Assembly (NCBI GenBank): GCA_043803945.1
Contig: JAZDJN010000087.1
Coordinates: forward strand, 192,001 to 256,000
DNA length: 64,000 nucleotides
DNA from: a bacterium
GTDB lineage: Bacteria; Bacteroidota; Ignavibacteria; UBA10030
Direction of reading: 5' to 3'
The notes under the pieces were generated by a model. The model worked only from the letters and a program-made list of their open reading frames with translations. It had not been told where the DNA came from and ran no database searches. The position numbers were made by a program, and so were the translations under genes. Positions 37,632 to 46,590 of this stretch are shown piece by piece. How positions within the stretch are numbered: the stretch's first letter is position 1; each line of letters begins with the position of its first letter.

Positions 37632-38552
37632 CTATGTCGATCGTTTGATGAGTTTTGATTTAATCAACTGGTATTGTGTCGCAACAACAACTCCGGCCAT
37701 AATTAATACCGAGCCGGCAATATCGATCATGCTCATGCTCTCGCCCAACCAGATAATGCCTGCAATGACGGCAACGATTGGAATGATGTACGCCATCATC
37801 GAGAGAGCAACGATATCCACTCGTTGCAGCAAGTCAAAATACAGTGTGAATGCCAATGCCGATCCGATGAAGCCGAGGTAGCCGAGAGCGAGCAGCATTT
37901 CAATCGTGACTTCAAATTTCGGGACACCGGAGATCCATGAAAAAGGAAGAACAATGAGGCCCGCTGTAATCTGCATCCACATGCCGAATCCAATCTGATC
38001 GTGCCCCTTAAAGTGTTTTCTGGCGTAGACCTGCGCCATGCCGATTGTCACCGAGCTGAAGAGAATCGCCAAACCACCTAGAAGAACGTTTCGGCTCTCA
38101 GTAGAGAAAGAATCATCCGAGAAAAGAACAAGAACACCGGCGAAGCCGAGTAGAAGTCCAATGATCCTGATGATATTCAGTTGATTTTCTTTCAGGTAGA
38201 AATGCGCAAGGATGGCAATGAAAAATGGTACTGTGCTTTGGAGGATCGATCCCAATCCGCCGGAGATATATTGCAGGCCCCAGATTGTCAGTGCCATCGG
38301 GATGCCAACCCAGAGCAATCCAACGATGACCGCCACTTGGATGGCCTGAGCATCGTAGTGTTCCTTCTTCGGGCTGCGAAGCCGCCAGAGCCAGAGTCCG
38401 AGTCCACCGAGAATACAGCGCAAGCTTCCCAACAAAATCGGATCACAATGACGAAGCCCAACGATTGTAACGGGCCAGGAAAATCCCCAGATAAAAGTTA
38501 ACAAGAGAACGATGCTATAATCGACTACTTTTGAATGTTTGGATATCACCAA
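37632..38552 (-). CDS. EamA/DMT family transporter
   Basis: FIWGFSW, two EamA repeats, ~10 TM. Confidence 0.9.
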   Translation of the reverse strand: MVISKHSKVVDYSIVLLLTFIWGFSWPVTIVGLRHCDPILLGSLRCILGGLGLWLWRLRSPKKEHYDAQAIQVAVIVGLLWVGIPMALTIWGLQYISGGLGSILQSTVPFFIAILAHFYLKENQLNIIRIIGLLLGFAGVLVLFSDDSFSTESRNVLLGGLAILFSSVTIGMAQVYARKHFKGHDQIGFGMWMQITAGLIVLPFSWISGVPKFEVTIEMLLALGYLGFIGSALAFTLYFDLLQRVDIVALSMMAYIIPIVAVIAGIIWLGESMSMIDIAGSVLIMAGVVVATQYQLIKSKLIKRST

Positions 38553-38643
38553 TGCATTCTCCCAACGTTGGACACATGTCTGATAAAGTGCCTAAGTATA
38601 ACTATTTATCGGGATAAGGGCTACAATAAATTGCATCTTAAGC

Positions 38644-38694
38644 ATCTAACCGTTCGCTACACATCGGATTTCGCTGGGAGACAAACGGTTAGGT
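38644..38694. repeat. Short palindromic element (ctaaccgttcgct...aaacggttag)
   Basis: Inverted ends; a second copy lies at 39945-39990 on the other side of glxK. Confidence 0.55.
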
Positions 38695-38698
38695 CGCA

Positions 38699-39871
38699 TC
38701 ATCTTTGCATGCGATGTAAAAGAATTTCCGTCTTTGCCGATACGATTTCCGCGGCGCTCTTCATTGCCTGCTCAGGATCAATTCTCTCGTCAACAAGCGT
38801 TTCGACATCACACAGAAACTGTTCGTTGACAAAGCGATCTCTTTCTCCAACTATTGATCCGACAATTGCTGCCACCGGAACGTTACTTCGCTGTGCCCGC
38901 TCAACGACTCCCGAAACTGCTTTCCCGAAAAACACCTGCTCATCCAATCTCCCCTCACCAGTAATGACAAGATCGGCAACGCACACACGCTCATCGAATC
39001 CTGTTACATCGAGCACAACATCGATACCACGACGCATCTTTGCACCACAAAACGCTATCAGTCCTGCACCCAGGCCGCCCGCTGCACCCCCACCCGAAAT
39101 AGAGAGGACATCCAATCCAAGATCATTGCGAACTACCGCGGCATAGTGCATCAATGCTTCATCAAGAATGAGAACATCTTCTTTCGTTGCACCTTTTTGC
39201 GGGCCATAGATTGAGGAGGCGCCCTCGTTTCCACACAAGGTATTCTGGACATCGGAGGCTATCATAATGCTCACGCTGTTCAGACGAGCATCCAGATTAC
39301 CTGTATCAATCTTGTGGAGCGCGGCAAGTGCTGCTCCGCCGAAAGGAATATCGTACCCATCGTGATCAAAGAATCGAGCACCAAGCGCCGAGACCATACC
39401 CGCTCCGCCATCGTTGGTCGCACTGCCGCCAATACCAATGATGATCGATTGTACTCCATGATCGAGTGCAACTCTCAGTAATTCTCCAACGCCCACAGTG
39501 GTTGTATGTTTGGGATCCCGCTTATCGCGGGGAACCAGATTTAATCCGGCCGCTTCAGCCATCTCGATAATAGCTAGCATACCGTTCTGAGCGATCCCCC
39601 ATCGTGCCTGAACATGCTGACCTGGTAATGGTCCTTGAACTTTGGTCGTTTGGATTTCCCCGCGGAGTGCGTGGCAGAGAACGCTGACCAGGCCTTCCCC
39701 TCCATCCGAAACCGGATGCAGCATCACTTTGCAGTTGGGGAAGACGTTGTGTATTCCACGCGTCATCGCGCGTGCAGCTTCGAGTGCGGTGAGAGAGCCT
39801 TTAAATGAGTCTGGGGCGAGCAGTATGGAGTTCAAGTGATGTATGGAAATCCTCCCGGTATGAACACTCAA
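38699..39871 (-). CDS. glxK: Glycerate kinase (GlxK/GarK family)
   Basis: LAPDSFKGSL, PVSDGGEG, IGIGGSATNDGGAG, YGPQKGA, GAAGGLG, ITGEG. Confidence 0.93.
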   Translation of the reverse strand: MSVHTGRISIHHLNSILLAPDSFKGSLTALEAARAMTRGIHNVFPNCKVMLHPVSDGGEGLVSVLCHALRGEIQTTKVQGPLPGQHVQARWGIAQNGMLAIIEMAEAAGLNLVPRDKRDPKHTTTVGVGELLRVALDHGVQSIIIGIGGSATNDGGAGMVSALGARFFDHDGYDIPFGGAALAALHKIDTGNLDARLNSVSIMIASDVQNTLCGNEGASSIYGPQKGATKEDVLILDEALMHYAAVVRNDLGLDVLSISGGGAAGGLGAGLIAFCGAKMRRGIDVVLDVTGFDERVCVADLVITGEGRLDEQVFFGKAVSGVVERAQRSNVPVAAIVGSIVGERDRFVNEQFLCDVETLVDERIDPEQAMKSAAEIVSAKTEILLHRMQR

Positions 39872-39889
39872 TCTTCTGGTCGGGAGCTA

Positions 39890-39915
39890 GAGCCTGCCTG
39901 CCGGCAGGCAGGCTC
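39890..39915. repeat. Perfect 26-bp palindrome gagcctgcctgccggcaggcaggctc
   Basis: Self reverse-complementary; sits inside a larger ctgg..gggagc/ctccc..ccag hairpin. Confidence 0.85.
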
Positions 39916-39944
39916 CCTCCCAGATTCGGGTTAGTGATAAAAGC

Positions 39945-39990
39945 ACCTAACCGTTCGCTTCATACAGTTCTCATTGTAAGCGAACGATTA
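39945..39990. repeat. Short palindromic element (cctaaccgttcgct...agcgaacgatta)
   Basis: Inverted ends; related to 38644-38694. Confidence 0.55.
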
Positions 39991-40007
39991 TATCCAAGCA
40001 GCGTTTT

Positions 40008-40137
40008 CTCGTTCCCAAGCTCCTGCTTGGGAACGTTCCTGCCGCATGCTCTGCATGCTACTCCGTAGATTCATACCTCTTTCAAAACAGAAGCAGAGCT
40101 TCTTGCCGGGTGTTCCCAAACAGAGTTTGGGAACAAG
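40008..40137. repeat. REP/REPIN-like doublet
   Basis: ctcgttcccaagctcctgcttgggaac ... gaagcagagcttc ... gttcccaaacagagtttgggaacaag: two inverted hairpins. Confidence 0.75.
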
Positions 40138-40150
40138 TAACGAATTACTT

Positions 40151-42484
40151 CTATTTCTTTAGATCGGTAAATCCCGGTACGCGCCACTGGAAGTTCGGAT
40201 CGACATACGGCTCGTCGTTCTCATGGCCGGTCATTAGCTCGATCTTTCTCTTCAATTGCTCGCCAAAGTTTTTATAATAGATGAACGTCGTTTCTCCAAC
40301 ATCCGAGACGATCATCCAGTTTGTCTTTGCGGTCTCCCAGAGATTCAGGAGCACTTTGGTGTTTTCGATCTCATCGAGAACCATTTCCTTCAAGAGTTGA
40401 CGAGATTCTTTTTTCACCTTCTTATCGGTCGTTTCGAGATACGTATGGACACCCGCCACCCATGTTGTAACATTCCGTTGTGTTCTGTACCAGCAATGCA
40501 GTGCAAGCATGCGATCATAGAGGTCTTCGGCACATGCCTGTGCCTGCGATGTTGTTGCCCTCTCCTTCATTGTACGGGAAAGATTCAGCGCGGCATCCAT
40601 CTGGACAAAGAGATCCCGATTGATGAGGCGCAAACATGTATGGGCGTGAGCGGGATCCACAAGATCGAATCCGACGTCGTACCGGAAGTCAATACGACAC
40701 CGGTTATGCGAGGTGGCAAGTAAGAACTTTTCATAATAGGCGCGATCGTCTTCCGATATTATTTCAATGTTTGGCACGATAGGCCGCGTTGCGAGTCGAT
40801 ACCAAACACCCCACGACGAATAGATCCAGATCGGAAGCGGGAATGAACGATAGGCCTCATTGGAATGTGTCCATACCTTTACCAAATCTTCGGCAAGGTC
40901 GGAGCCGATCCACTCGGTTGCTTTTCTTAAAAGGAACTTCTCGAGGTTGAGATTGCCGTTAAACTGGAAGGCTCTAATCAATTCCTGGTTGATATTGTAC
41001 GGAGCGAACGACTGGGGAACCGGCCCGCCGGTAAAGCATGCCGTGGTTACAGTCTGTTTCTTCATATCCTGCAGTTTATCGTAGACGAGCTGCGGGAACG
41101 GAATGCCCACTAATGGTTCATGGTTGCAGAAAACGCTTGGATTGAAATAGACATCGGCTTCTGATTTCTTCTTCCGCAATTCCTCCAGGATTGGTTTCTC
41201 GTCATCGACATAGCGGTTATGGAGCGCTGTGCCATGGATTTCTCTCGCCTCCTTATACTTCGGGTGTTTATAGGCAAGCTTCCACCCTTTTGTCAAGAGC
41301 GACGACACCTCAACATCGAGTCCATCGCCCAACTGTTTCCAGATGTAGTCATGCTCTGCCCAGAACGGCTCAAGGCGGATCAGGGTGCGGAAGTTTGGGT
41401 TGACCTTACGTCCTGCATCGCGCAAGATGCGCATAAACCGGACAAGGTTATTCGCTGCCGACTCGGCGATTTCCGTATCTCCCTTCCACTCGCGGATCAC
41501 ATAGCCTCCGCCGTTTCTGCCGACATAGAGTGAACTGGTGTATTCAAACCCTGCGCCGCTGTCATTCGACCAGATGGAAATGTAGTCTAATGCTGGAACT
41601 TCGCGCAACAGGTTCTCCATCAGCTCGGCATAATGTTCCTGCACAACCGGATGTGCCACAGAAAGATTGAAGCGCGGGTGCCAGCTTCTGATGGGATGAT
41701 CGACACGCGCCCCACGGAGCATCGGATAGCGCTGCAGGAGGTTGTCGGGAACTGAGCGCGGCTCAAAACAAACCATTCCCGGTGACAGGCCGTACTTATC
41801 TGCCAGGGCAGCGTTCGTCTTCAGGTAATTCAGATTTGCTTGCAGGTAATCGTCATCATAAATCCCTTTGTTTAATCGGCTTGACACAAATTGGTCGAGG
41901 GCTGGGCAGTAAGTGTAAAACCGATGCAGTAATTCCCCCTGCGGGCCGCGTTCAAACGGAACGGCAAAGGCCAGACCGTTGACCTCAACATGGGAAAATC
42001 CGAGGCGTGCTAAATTTTTGACGTGCTCTTCACGGTTGAAGTTGTGTGTTGTTCGCGCATGCTGCGTAAGGAAAATGTCGTAGGCAGGACGCATGCGCGG
42101 AAACGTCGGGTGAAGAATTTTTCCTAATTCAAGTTGGTCGATACTGAGCTTACTCAATTCGTTGATAACGTGTGAGTAGAGATAGTACAGAAGATGCGGT
42201 TTCGAGGTCAACAGTTCAACGCCCCGCCCCCTTTTTACTCTCACCAACATCCAGTCCTTGTTGCCTTTCAACGAAGGGTGAATTGTTTTCCACAATGCCC
42301 GATCGGTGACTACGGCGATACGGACCGATCCATGGGGTGCGTCGAGTTTCGGCGATTGCTGGATCTCCGCCGATCCGCAGTGCAGTACCTTGATCTCATT
42401 GGCTACCGTCTGTTCTACGGTTGCGGAGGGTGAGGTGTAATAAATTGTTTTGCATGATAAAATCACATCAATTAACGTTGCCAT
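40151..42484 (-). CDS. Large hypothetical protein (possible TIM-barrel glycoside hydrolase-like)
   Basis: ~777-aa ORF from MATLID, co-directional with the cluster; no family confidently recognised. Confidence 0.7.
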   Translation of the reverse strand: MATLIDVILSCKTIYYTSPSATVEQTVANEIKVLHCGSAEIQQSPKLDAPHGSVRIAVVTDRALWKTIHPSLKGNKDWMLVRVKRGRGVELLTSKPHLLYYLYSHVINELSKLSIDQLELGKILHPTFPRMRPAYDIFLTQHARTTHNFNREEHVKNLARLGFSHVEVNGLAFAVPFERGPQGELLHRFYTYCPALDQFVSSRLNKGIYDDDYLQANLNYLKTNAALADKYGLSPGMVCFEPRSVPDNLLQRYPMLRGARVDHPIRSWHPRFNLSVAHPVVQEHYAELMENLLREVPALDYISIWSNDSGAGFEYTSSLYVGRNGGGYVIREWKGDTEIAESAANNLVRFMRILRDAGRKVNPNFRTLIRLEPFWAEHDYIWKQLGDGLDVEVSSLLTKGWKLAYKHPKYKEAREIHGTALHNRYVDDEKPILEELRKKKSEADVYFNPSVFCNHEPLVGIPFPQLVYDKLQDMKKQTVTTACFTGGPVPQSFAPYNINQELIRAFQFNGNLNLEKFLLRKATEWIGSDLAEDLVKVWTHSNEAYRSFPLPIWIYSSWGVWYRLATRPIVPNIEIISEDDRAYYEKFLLATSHNRCRIDFRYDVGFDLVDPAHAHTCLRLINRDLFVQMDAALNLSRTMKERATTSQAQACAEDLYDRMLALHCWYRTQRNVTTWVAGVHTYLETTDKKVKKESRQLLKEMVLDEIENTKVLLNLWETAKTNWMIVSDVGETTFIYYKNFGEQLKRKIELMTGHENDEPYVDPNFQWRVPGFTDLKK

Positions 42485-42548
42485 AGGGTTCCCTTTATCT
42501 CGCTTGTACACTGGTATGAATTAATAATTGAAGTTCAGTATTGACGAT

Positions 42549-43922
42549 TTACATTCCATAGCTTTTAGGCGAATAGAGATGGCCATACTGCTCAGCCATC
42601 AATCCAATGAGTATATCTTCATTGGAGGGCAACGCGGAAAGTCCCTCCTCAATCCGTCCAAGCCACTCCTTTTCCCGTTCATTAATTTGCACACGTTTCA
42701 ACTTCATTGCGTCTGAAAGAATTCTGAGCGCTTCTCTCGAGGCAGCAACCGTCCTCTTGTATGGTGTCGCTTCGTTAATAATGGCTGTTGCGATCTGCAT
42801 CGTGGATTCGGGAGTAAGCACCAATGCCTGCGGGCTGAGCGCCGCATCGGAATCGACCAGGAGTTGTTGAACCATTGCTTGTGTGTTGTGGGCAGTTGCT
42901 GTGTTGAGGAGCCGGCAGTCGTATGCGAGCAGTTCAAGAAAAGCCTCAGGCGCTGATCCGGAGAGCAGCCGGACATTCTGGACCGATTCATTGCTCCACA
43001 CATCGCACATCGCCGCAGCGATATTTCCCACAGGACTGAAATGCGCGCAGCTTGCCGACTTCCCTTCCATGGAAATTGGTGCACCGGTGATTGCTTTTAA
43101 CACAGGGCCTTCATAGGCACAGTCTTTCGATGGGCCGACGGCTCCGCATTCAAATGCGACCAGGCTTCTCACAGCGCTAGCCGCCCGCACCACTGCTGCG
43201 AACACCTCCGGCAACATCCCCTGTGATGCTAACTGCATGGCTGTATTTGCAAACCCACATGCTGAATCACCGCCGGGGATCACCCGGTGCGCCTCACAAA
43301 CTCGGACAATTTCTTTCCACAGAAACTCCATATCTCGCGGCGCAAGTACACCAAGGGCAAAAACCACTCCGGTAATATCTCCATAGAGCATTGCCTCATC
43401 GTTCACCTCTTTGCTGCCAACTGATTCGATCGACAGGATGTCGGCTCCCGCTTTTGCACATAGCTCAAAGGATTTCATCAGGGTTTCCCATTCAGAGTCA
43501 GAACGTAATTGCGGCGGATGTGCCTGATCGCGAATATCGGTTGGGGTTACCCGTAACGCACATGGTATCCCTTCTGATTCGTTCATTTGTTTCAAGCCAG
43601 TGTGAAGCAGCGCGGTGATTTCGGCTCCCCATTCCGGATGGACGGTCATCGGTGGGAGCAACTCATACTCTACCAGGAGGCCAGGCAGTTGCAGCCGCTT
43701 TGAAGCTTTCGCTATCATTGCGATAATATCTTCGTACTGTGCACGCACATTCGACCAAGTACTTTCCTCTATCGATATTGGGGGAAGAGTAAAATTCAAC
43801 TCAGGAAACACCAATCCACCGCCAAGCCGTAATCCAAAGCCACACTCAACCGGGTGTGTTGCCCTTCCAAACATGAGTTCCGATTGATGTGCAACTGTCA
43901 ACCGGGAAAATGTCTTTCTCAT
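42549..43922 (-). CDS. mtaB: Methanol:corrinoid methyltransferase MtaB family
   Basis: ADILSIESVGSKE, GDSACGFANTAM, GPSKDCAYE, MEGKSASCAH, DVWSNESV. The MtaB Zn-ligand pattern (E, C, C) is retained. Confidence 0.88.
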   Translation of the reverse strand: MRKTFSRLTVAHQSELMFGRATHPVECGFGLRLGGGLVFPELNFTLPPISIEESTWSNVRAQYEDIIAMIAKASKRLQLPGLLVEYELLPPMTVHPEWGAEITALLHTGLKQMNESEGIPCALRVTPTDIRDQAHPPQLRSDSEWETLMKSFELCAKAGADILSIESVGSKEVNDEAMLYGDITGVVFALGVLAPRDMEFLWKEIVRVCEAHRVIPGGDSACGFANTAMQLASQGMLPEVFAAVVRAASAVRSLVAFECGAVGPSKDCAYEGPVLKAITGAPISMEGKSASCAHFSPVGNIAAAMCDVWSNESVQNVRLLSGSAPEAFLELLAYDCRLLNTATAHNTQAMVQQLLVDSDAALSPQALVLTPESTMQIATAIINEATPYKRTVAASREALRILSDAMKLKRVQINEREKEWLGRIEEGLSALPSNEDILIGLMAEQYGHLYSPKSYGM

Positions 43923-43970
43923 TCATGCTCCTCTGTTGTTTTACTGCACGAGAAATTCTGAATCACGGAT

Positions 43971-44170
43971 CTAACCTTTCACAGTGTGTATTGCTTCCCG
44001 AATTGCCCTCAAATTATCCAACAGAGTTCCAAAGGGAACGACACCGGCTCCTACGATAAATCCAGGGTAGCCATCCCCTTCATGGATGCAGGCCAGAGTC
44101 CGCTGATGCAATGTTTCAGGCGTTGCTGTAAGAAAATCCCGGGAATTGATATTGCGGCGAAATGCTTTAT
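43971..44170 (-). pseudogene. C-terminal remnant of a second UroD/MtaA-family gene
   Basis: KAFRRNINSRDFLTATPETLHQ..GFIVGAGVVPFGTLLDNLRAIREA aligns with the C-terminus of 44241..45269 (RAFRRNIDSREFLEASPEVLHQ..GFILGTSVVPYGTPLENLKAIRDA). Confidence 0.75.
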
Positions 44171-44240
44171 GGAAAGAGCGCTTGATTATGATTCTTGAAT
44201 TTGGGAGTCTAATCGATGTCAAGCAGTTACTTATCATCTG

Positions 44241-45269
44241 TTATACCTTAAATTCTATCACCGCATCGCGAATCGCCTTGAGATTCTCCAGCGGAGTACC
44301 ATACGGCACGACACTTGTTCCCAATATGAATCCATTGTATCCTTGACGTTCCTTCAGGCGCTCTACTGCAAGTTGATGCAACACTTCGGGTGAGGCTTCA
44401 AGGAATTCTCTAGAATCGATATTCCTCCTGAACGCTCTCTTCTGCTTGAGGCATGCTTCCCGAAATTGCTGCACATCGGATGGTGTATCGCAGAGAATGT
44501 TGTTTGCTCCTGTCTCGAGATATGCATCGAGCATCGGTGTGGTCTTGCCGCCAATGATCAATGGAACATGCCGAACACCGCATGCATGGAAATGATCAAT
44601 AAGAAACTTCGTTGCCGGCAGCACAAATTCACGATATATCTCGGGCGAGATCATGGTGGAGGATGCCTGTGAATCGAAGATCACCACACCGCACCCTGCG
44701 TGGATATACGCTTCTCCGTACTCTTTGATCACCGCTGTTGCAAATTTGATAAGGTCCTGCGCGAGCTGTTGATGCATCACCGTCGACATCAACAAGTGTT
44801 CCAGTCCTGCAAGATGTGCCGCAAGTGAGAACGGTCCCGAGACCGCACCACGAATCGGAACCTCGCGTCCCAGGACTCGTACGACGTTATGTGCTACCTC
44901 GAGATGCAACGGCATTCTTCCATCTTTCATCGGATTTGGAATCTTCTTCTCCGTGATATCCTCCCGCCCCCTGAACACCGCATCTTCTGACCGGATGGAT
45001 GGAATCGATGCATCATCACCATCATAATAGGTTATCTTACAGCCAATCGCTTCGGCTTCCACATTATAGACATCGATTCCTATGGTGAGTGCATCGGGCT
45101 GGACCCGCTCATACTCTGCGATCAGCGCGTTCGTAAACAGGTTCACGTCACGGCAAACGGAGGAGGGTGTGCTATTCACAAACCATGCCTTGTGTTCATA
45201 GATGGCTGGCAGAAATGGAACGCGATCCGTTGCCTGACACTCATGCGCTGACAGTAACCGGTTGTTCAC
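44241..45269 (-). CDS. Uroporphyrinogen decarboxylase / MtaA-CmuA methyltransferase family protein
   Basis: DRVPFLP, NVEAEAIGC, PNPMKDGRMP, GAVSGPFSLAA, MISPEIYREF, TPLENLKA. Confidence 0.85.
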   Translation of the reverse strand: MNNRLLSAHECQATDRVPFLPAIYEHKAWFVNSTPSSVCRDVNLFTNALIAEYERVQPDALTIGIDVYNVEAEAIGCKITYYDGDDASIPSIRSEDAVFRGREDITEKKIPNPMKDGRMPLHLEVAHNVVRVLGREVPIRGAVSGPFSLAAHLAGLEHLLMSTVMHQQLAQDLIKFATAVIKEYGEAYIHAGCGVVIFDSQASSTMISPEIYREFVLPATKFLIDHFHACGVRHVPLIIGGKTTPMLDAYLETGANNILCDTPSDVQQFREACLKQKRAFRRNIDSREFLEASPEVLHQLAVERLKERQGYNGFILGTSVVPYGTPLENLKAIRDAVIEFKV

Positions 45270-45319
45270 AATAATCCTTTCTTAATCATTCCTCAAATCT
45301 TGACAACCGAAATAGAAAT

Positions 45320-45480
45320 CAACAATCAAAATGAAAAGAGCAAAATGACAATGCAAAGATAAAAGCGAGAGTTGGCAGGCGCTGCCCTAAGTATTGATGC
45401 GAAAGCACCTGAGGAGCAGGGTCATCAAAACATTTTCCATTTTTCTCTGTCGTTTTAATTTTTGACTCTTGATTTTTGAT
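45320..45480. repeat. Inverted A-rich/T-rich degenerate heptamer repeats
   Basis: caaaatgaaaagagcaaaatgacaatgcaaagataaaag ... cattttccatttttctctgtcgttttaatttttgactctttgattttt. Confidence 0.45.
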
Positions 45481-45534
45481 TATTAATCTGAGTCTAGGGG
45501 TTACCCTATATATGGTTCTTCAAAAAGATTCACA

Positions 45535-46464
45535 CTATTTCAATTCTTTTATCCTCACTTCTGATTCAAGGTTTTGGATTTCTTCCAGTGCAGAATTGGC
45601 AATTCCCCACTTCTGTGCATTTGCCGCTCCTGCTGCCGTTCCAAATGTCAGGCACCGCGCAAACTCCCATTGCTTCTCCAAACCATACAGAATTCCTGCT
45701 ACCATTGCATCGCCGGAACCCACCGGATTCAATGCCTTGATCGAGGGAGGCATGACGACCCAGAATTTTCCCTCACCGGCTGCATAGAACGGCCTCGCTC
45801 CATCGGTAATTAATGCATAGGAAATCGAGCGGCTGAGAAAAAACTCCAAACCCTCCCGCATTGAGCGCTCGGTATTCAGGGGTGCCCCGAAGGTCTTTTC
45901 AAATTCCTGCCGATTCGGTTTGACAAGCGTGGGAACGGCAGTAAGTGCACGCTCGAATGACCGGCCGTACGAATCGAGCACAGACCGAACACCATGATCC
46001 CGCGCTATCCTGATCGACTCAAAAAACAGGTCATCGGCTTCACTGCAAGGCGAACTCCCTGCACAAACTAACCATGTTGATTTTGGCGCAAGTTGTTCCG
46101 CCTTGCGGCTCAGGGCATGAGCGTCATCAAGACCAATCTTCTGCGAAGGTTCAAAGATCGCTGTTGTTGTACCATCGTTTTCTCGATAAGTAACTCCATC
46201 CCGCGTCATCGCATTGATCCAGACAAAATCATGTTCAATGCCTTCTTCGCTCATCAGTCGCGAGACCGTTGTGCCTGTCTCACCGCCGAGAAAGCCGGTA
46301 GCAAGAGTTTTCATACCGAGCCGCCGGCTCTGGCGCGAGACATTGATTCCCTTCCCGCCTGGAACCATTTCCATATTCATCGCCCGGTGAATTTTCCCCC
46401 GCTCAATTTTATCGACGATGACCGTTTTATCAAGCATCGGATTTAATGTGACCGTCGTAATCAT
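45535..46464 (-). CDS. 1-phosphofructokinase / tagatose-6-phosphate kinase family (PfkB)
   Basis: MITTVTLNPMLD, PGGKGINVS, LVKPNRQE, NPVGSGDAMVAG. Confidence 0.92.
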   Translation of the reverse strand: MITTVTLNPMLDKTVIVDKIERGKIHRAMNMEMVPGGKGINVSRQSRRLGMKTLATGFLGGETGTTVSRLMSEEGIEHDFVWINAMTRDGVTYRENDGTTTAIFEPSQKIGLDDAHALSRKAEQLAPKSTWLVCAGSSPCSEADDLFFESIRIARDHGVRSVLDSYGRSFERALTAVPTLVKPNRQEFEKTFGAPLNTERSMREGLEFFLSRSISYALITDGARPFYAAGEGKFWVVMPPSIKALNPVGSGDAMVAGILYGLEKQWEFARCLTFGTAAGAANAQKWGIANSALEEIQNLESEVRIKELK

Positions 46465-46545
46465 CGTAATAATTTTGCCGCCTTCTCCACGGATTCCTCG
46501 TCATGGACAATCGCACATAACGCTGCAATCAGTTGCTTCGTAACC
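46461..46545 (-). pseudogene. Probable C-terminal remnant of a DhnA-type class I aldolase gene
   Basis: KQLIAALCAIVHDEESVEKAAKLLR* resembles the DhnA/LsrF C-terminal helix. Its TGA overlaps the kinase ATG (ATGA). Confidence 0.5.
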
Positions 46546-46590
46546 GTAATTGCTTTCCAATATTCATTGTTTCCTGCCGCGTTTCCCTGC

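Noticed and set aside
38644-39990. attC sites around glxK (ATCTAAC...GTTAGGT; ACCTAAC...)
   Set aside because: Only ~50 bp long, the second copy lacks the GTT core, and there are no L-box features or integrase. Better explained as short palindromic repeats.
44241-45269. hemE (heme biosynthesis)
   Set aside because: It lacks the RQAGR motif of true UroD, and its context is mtaB.
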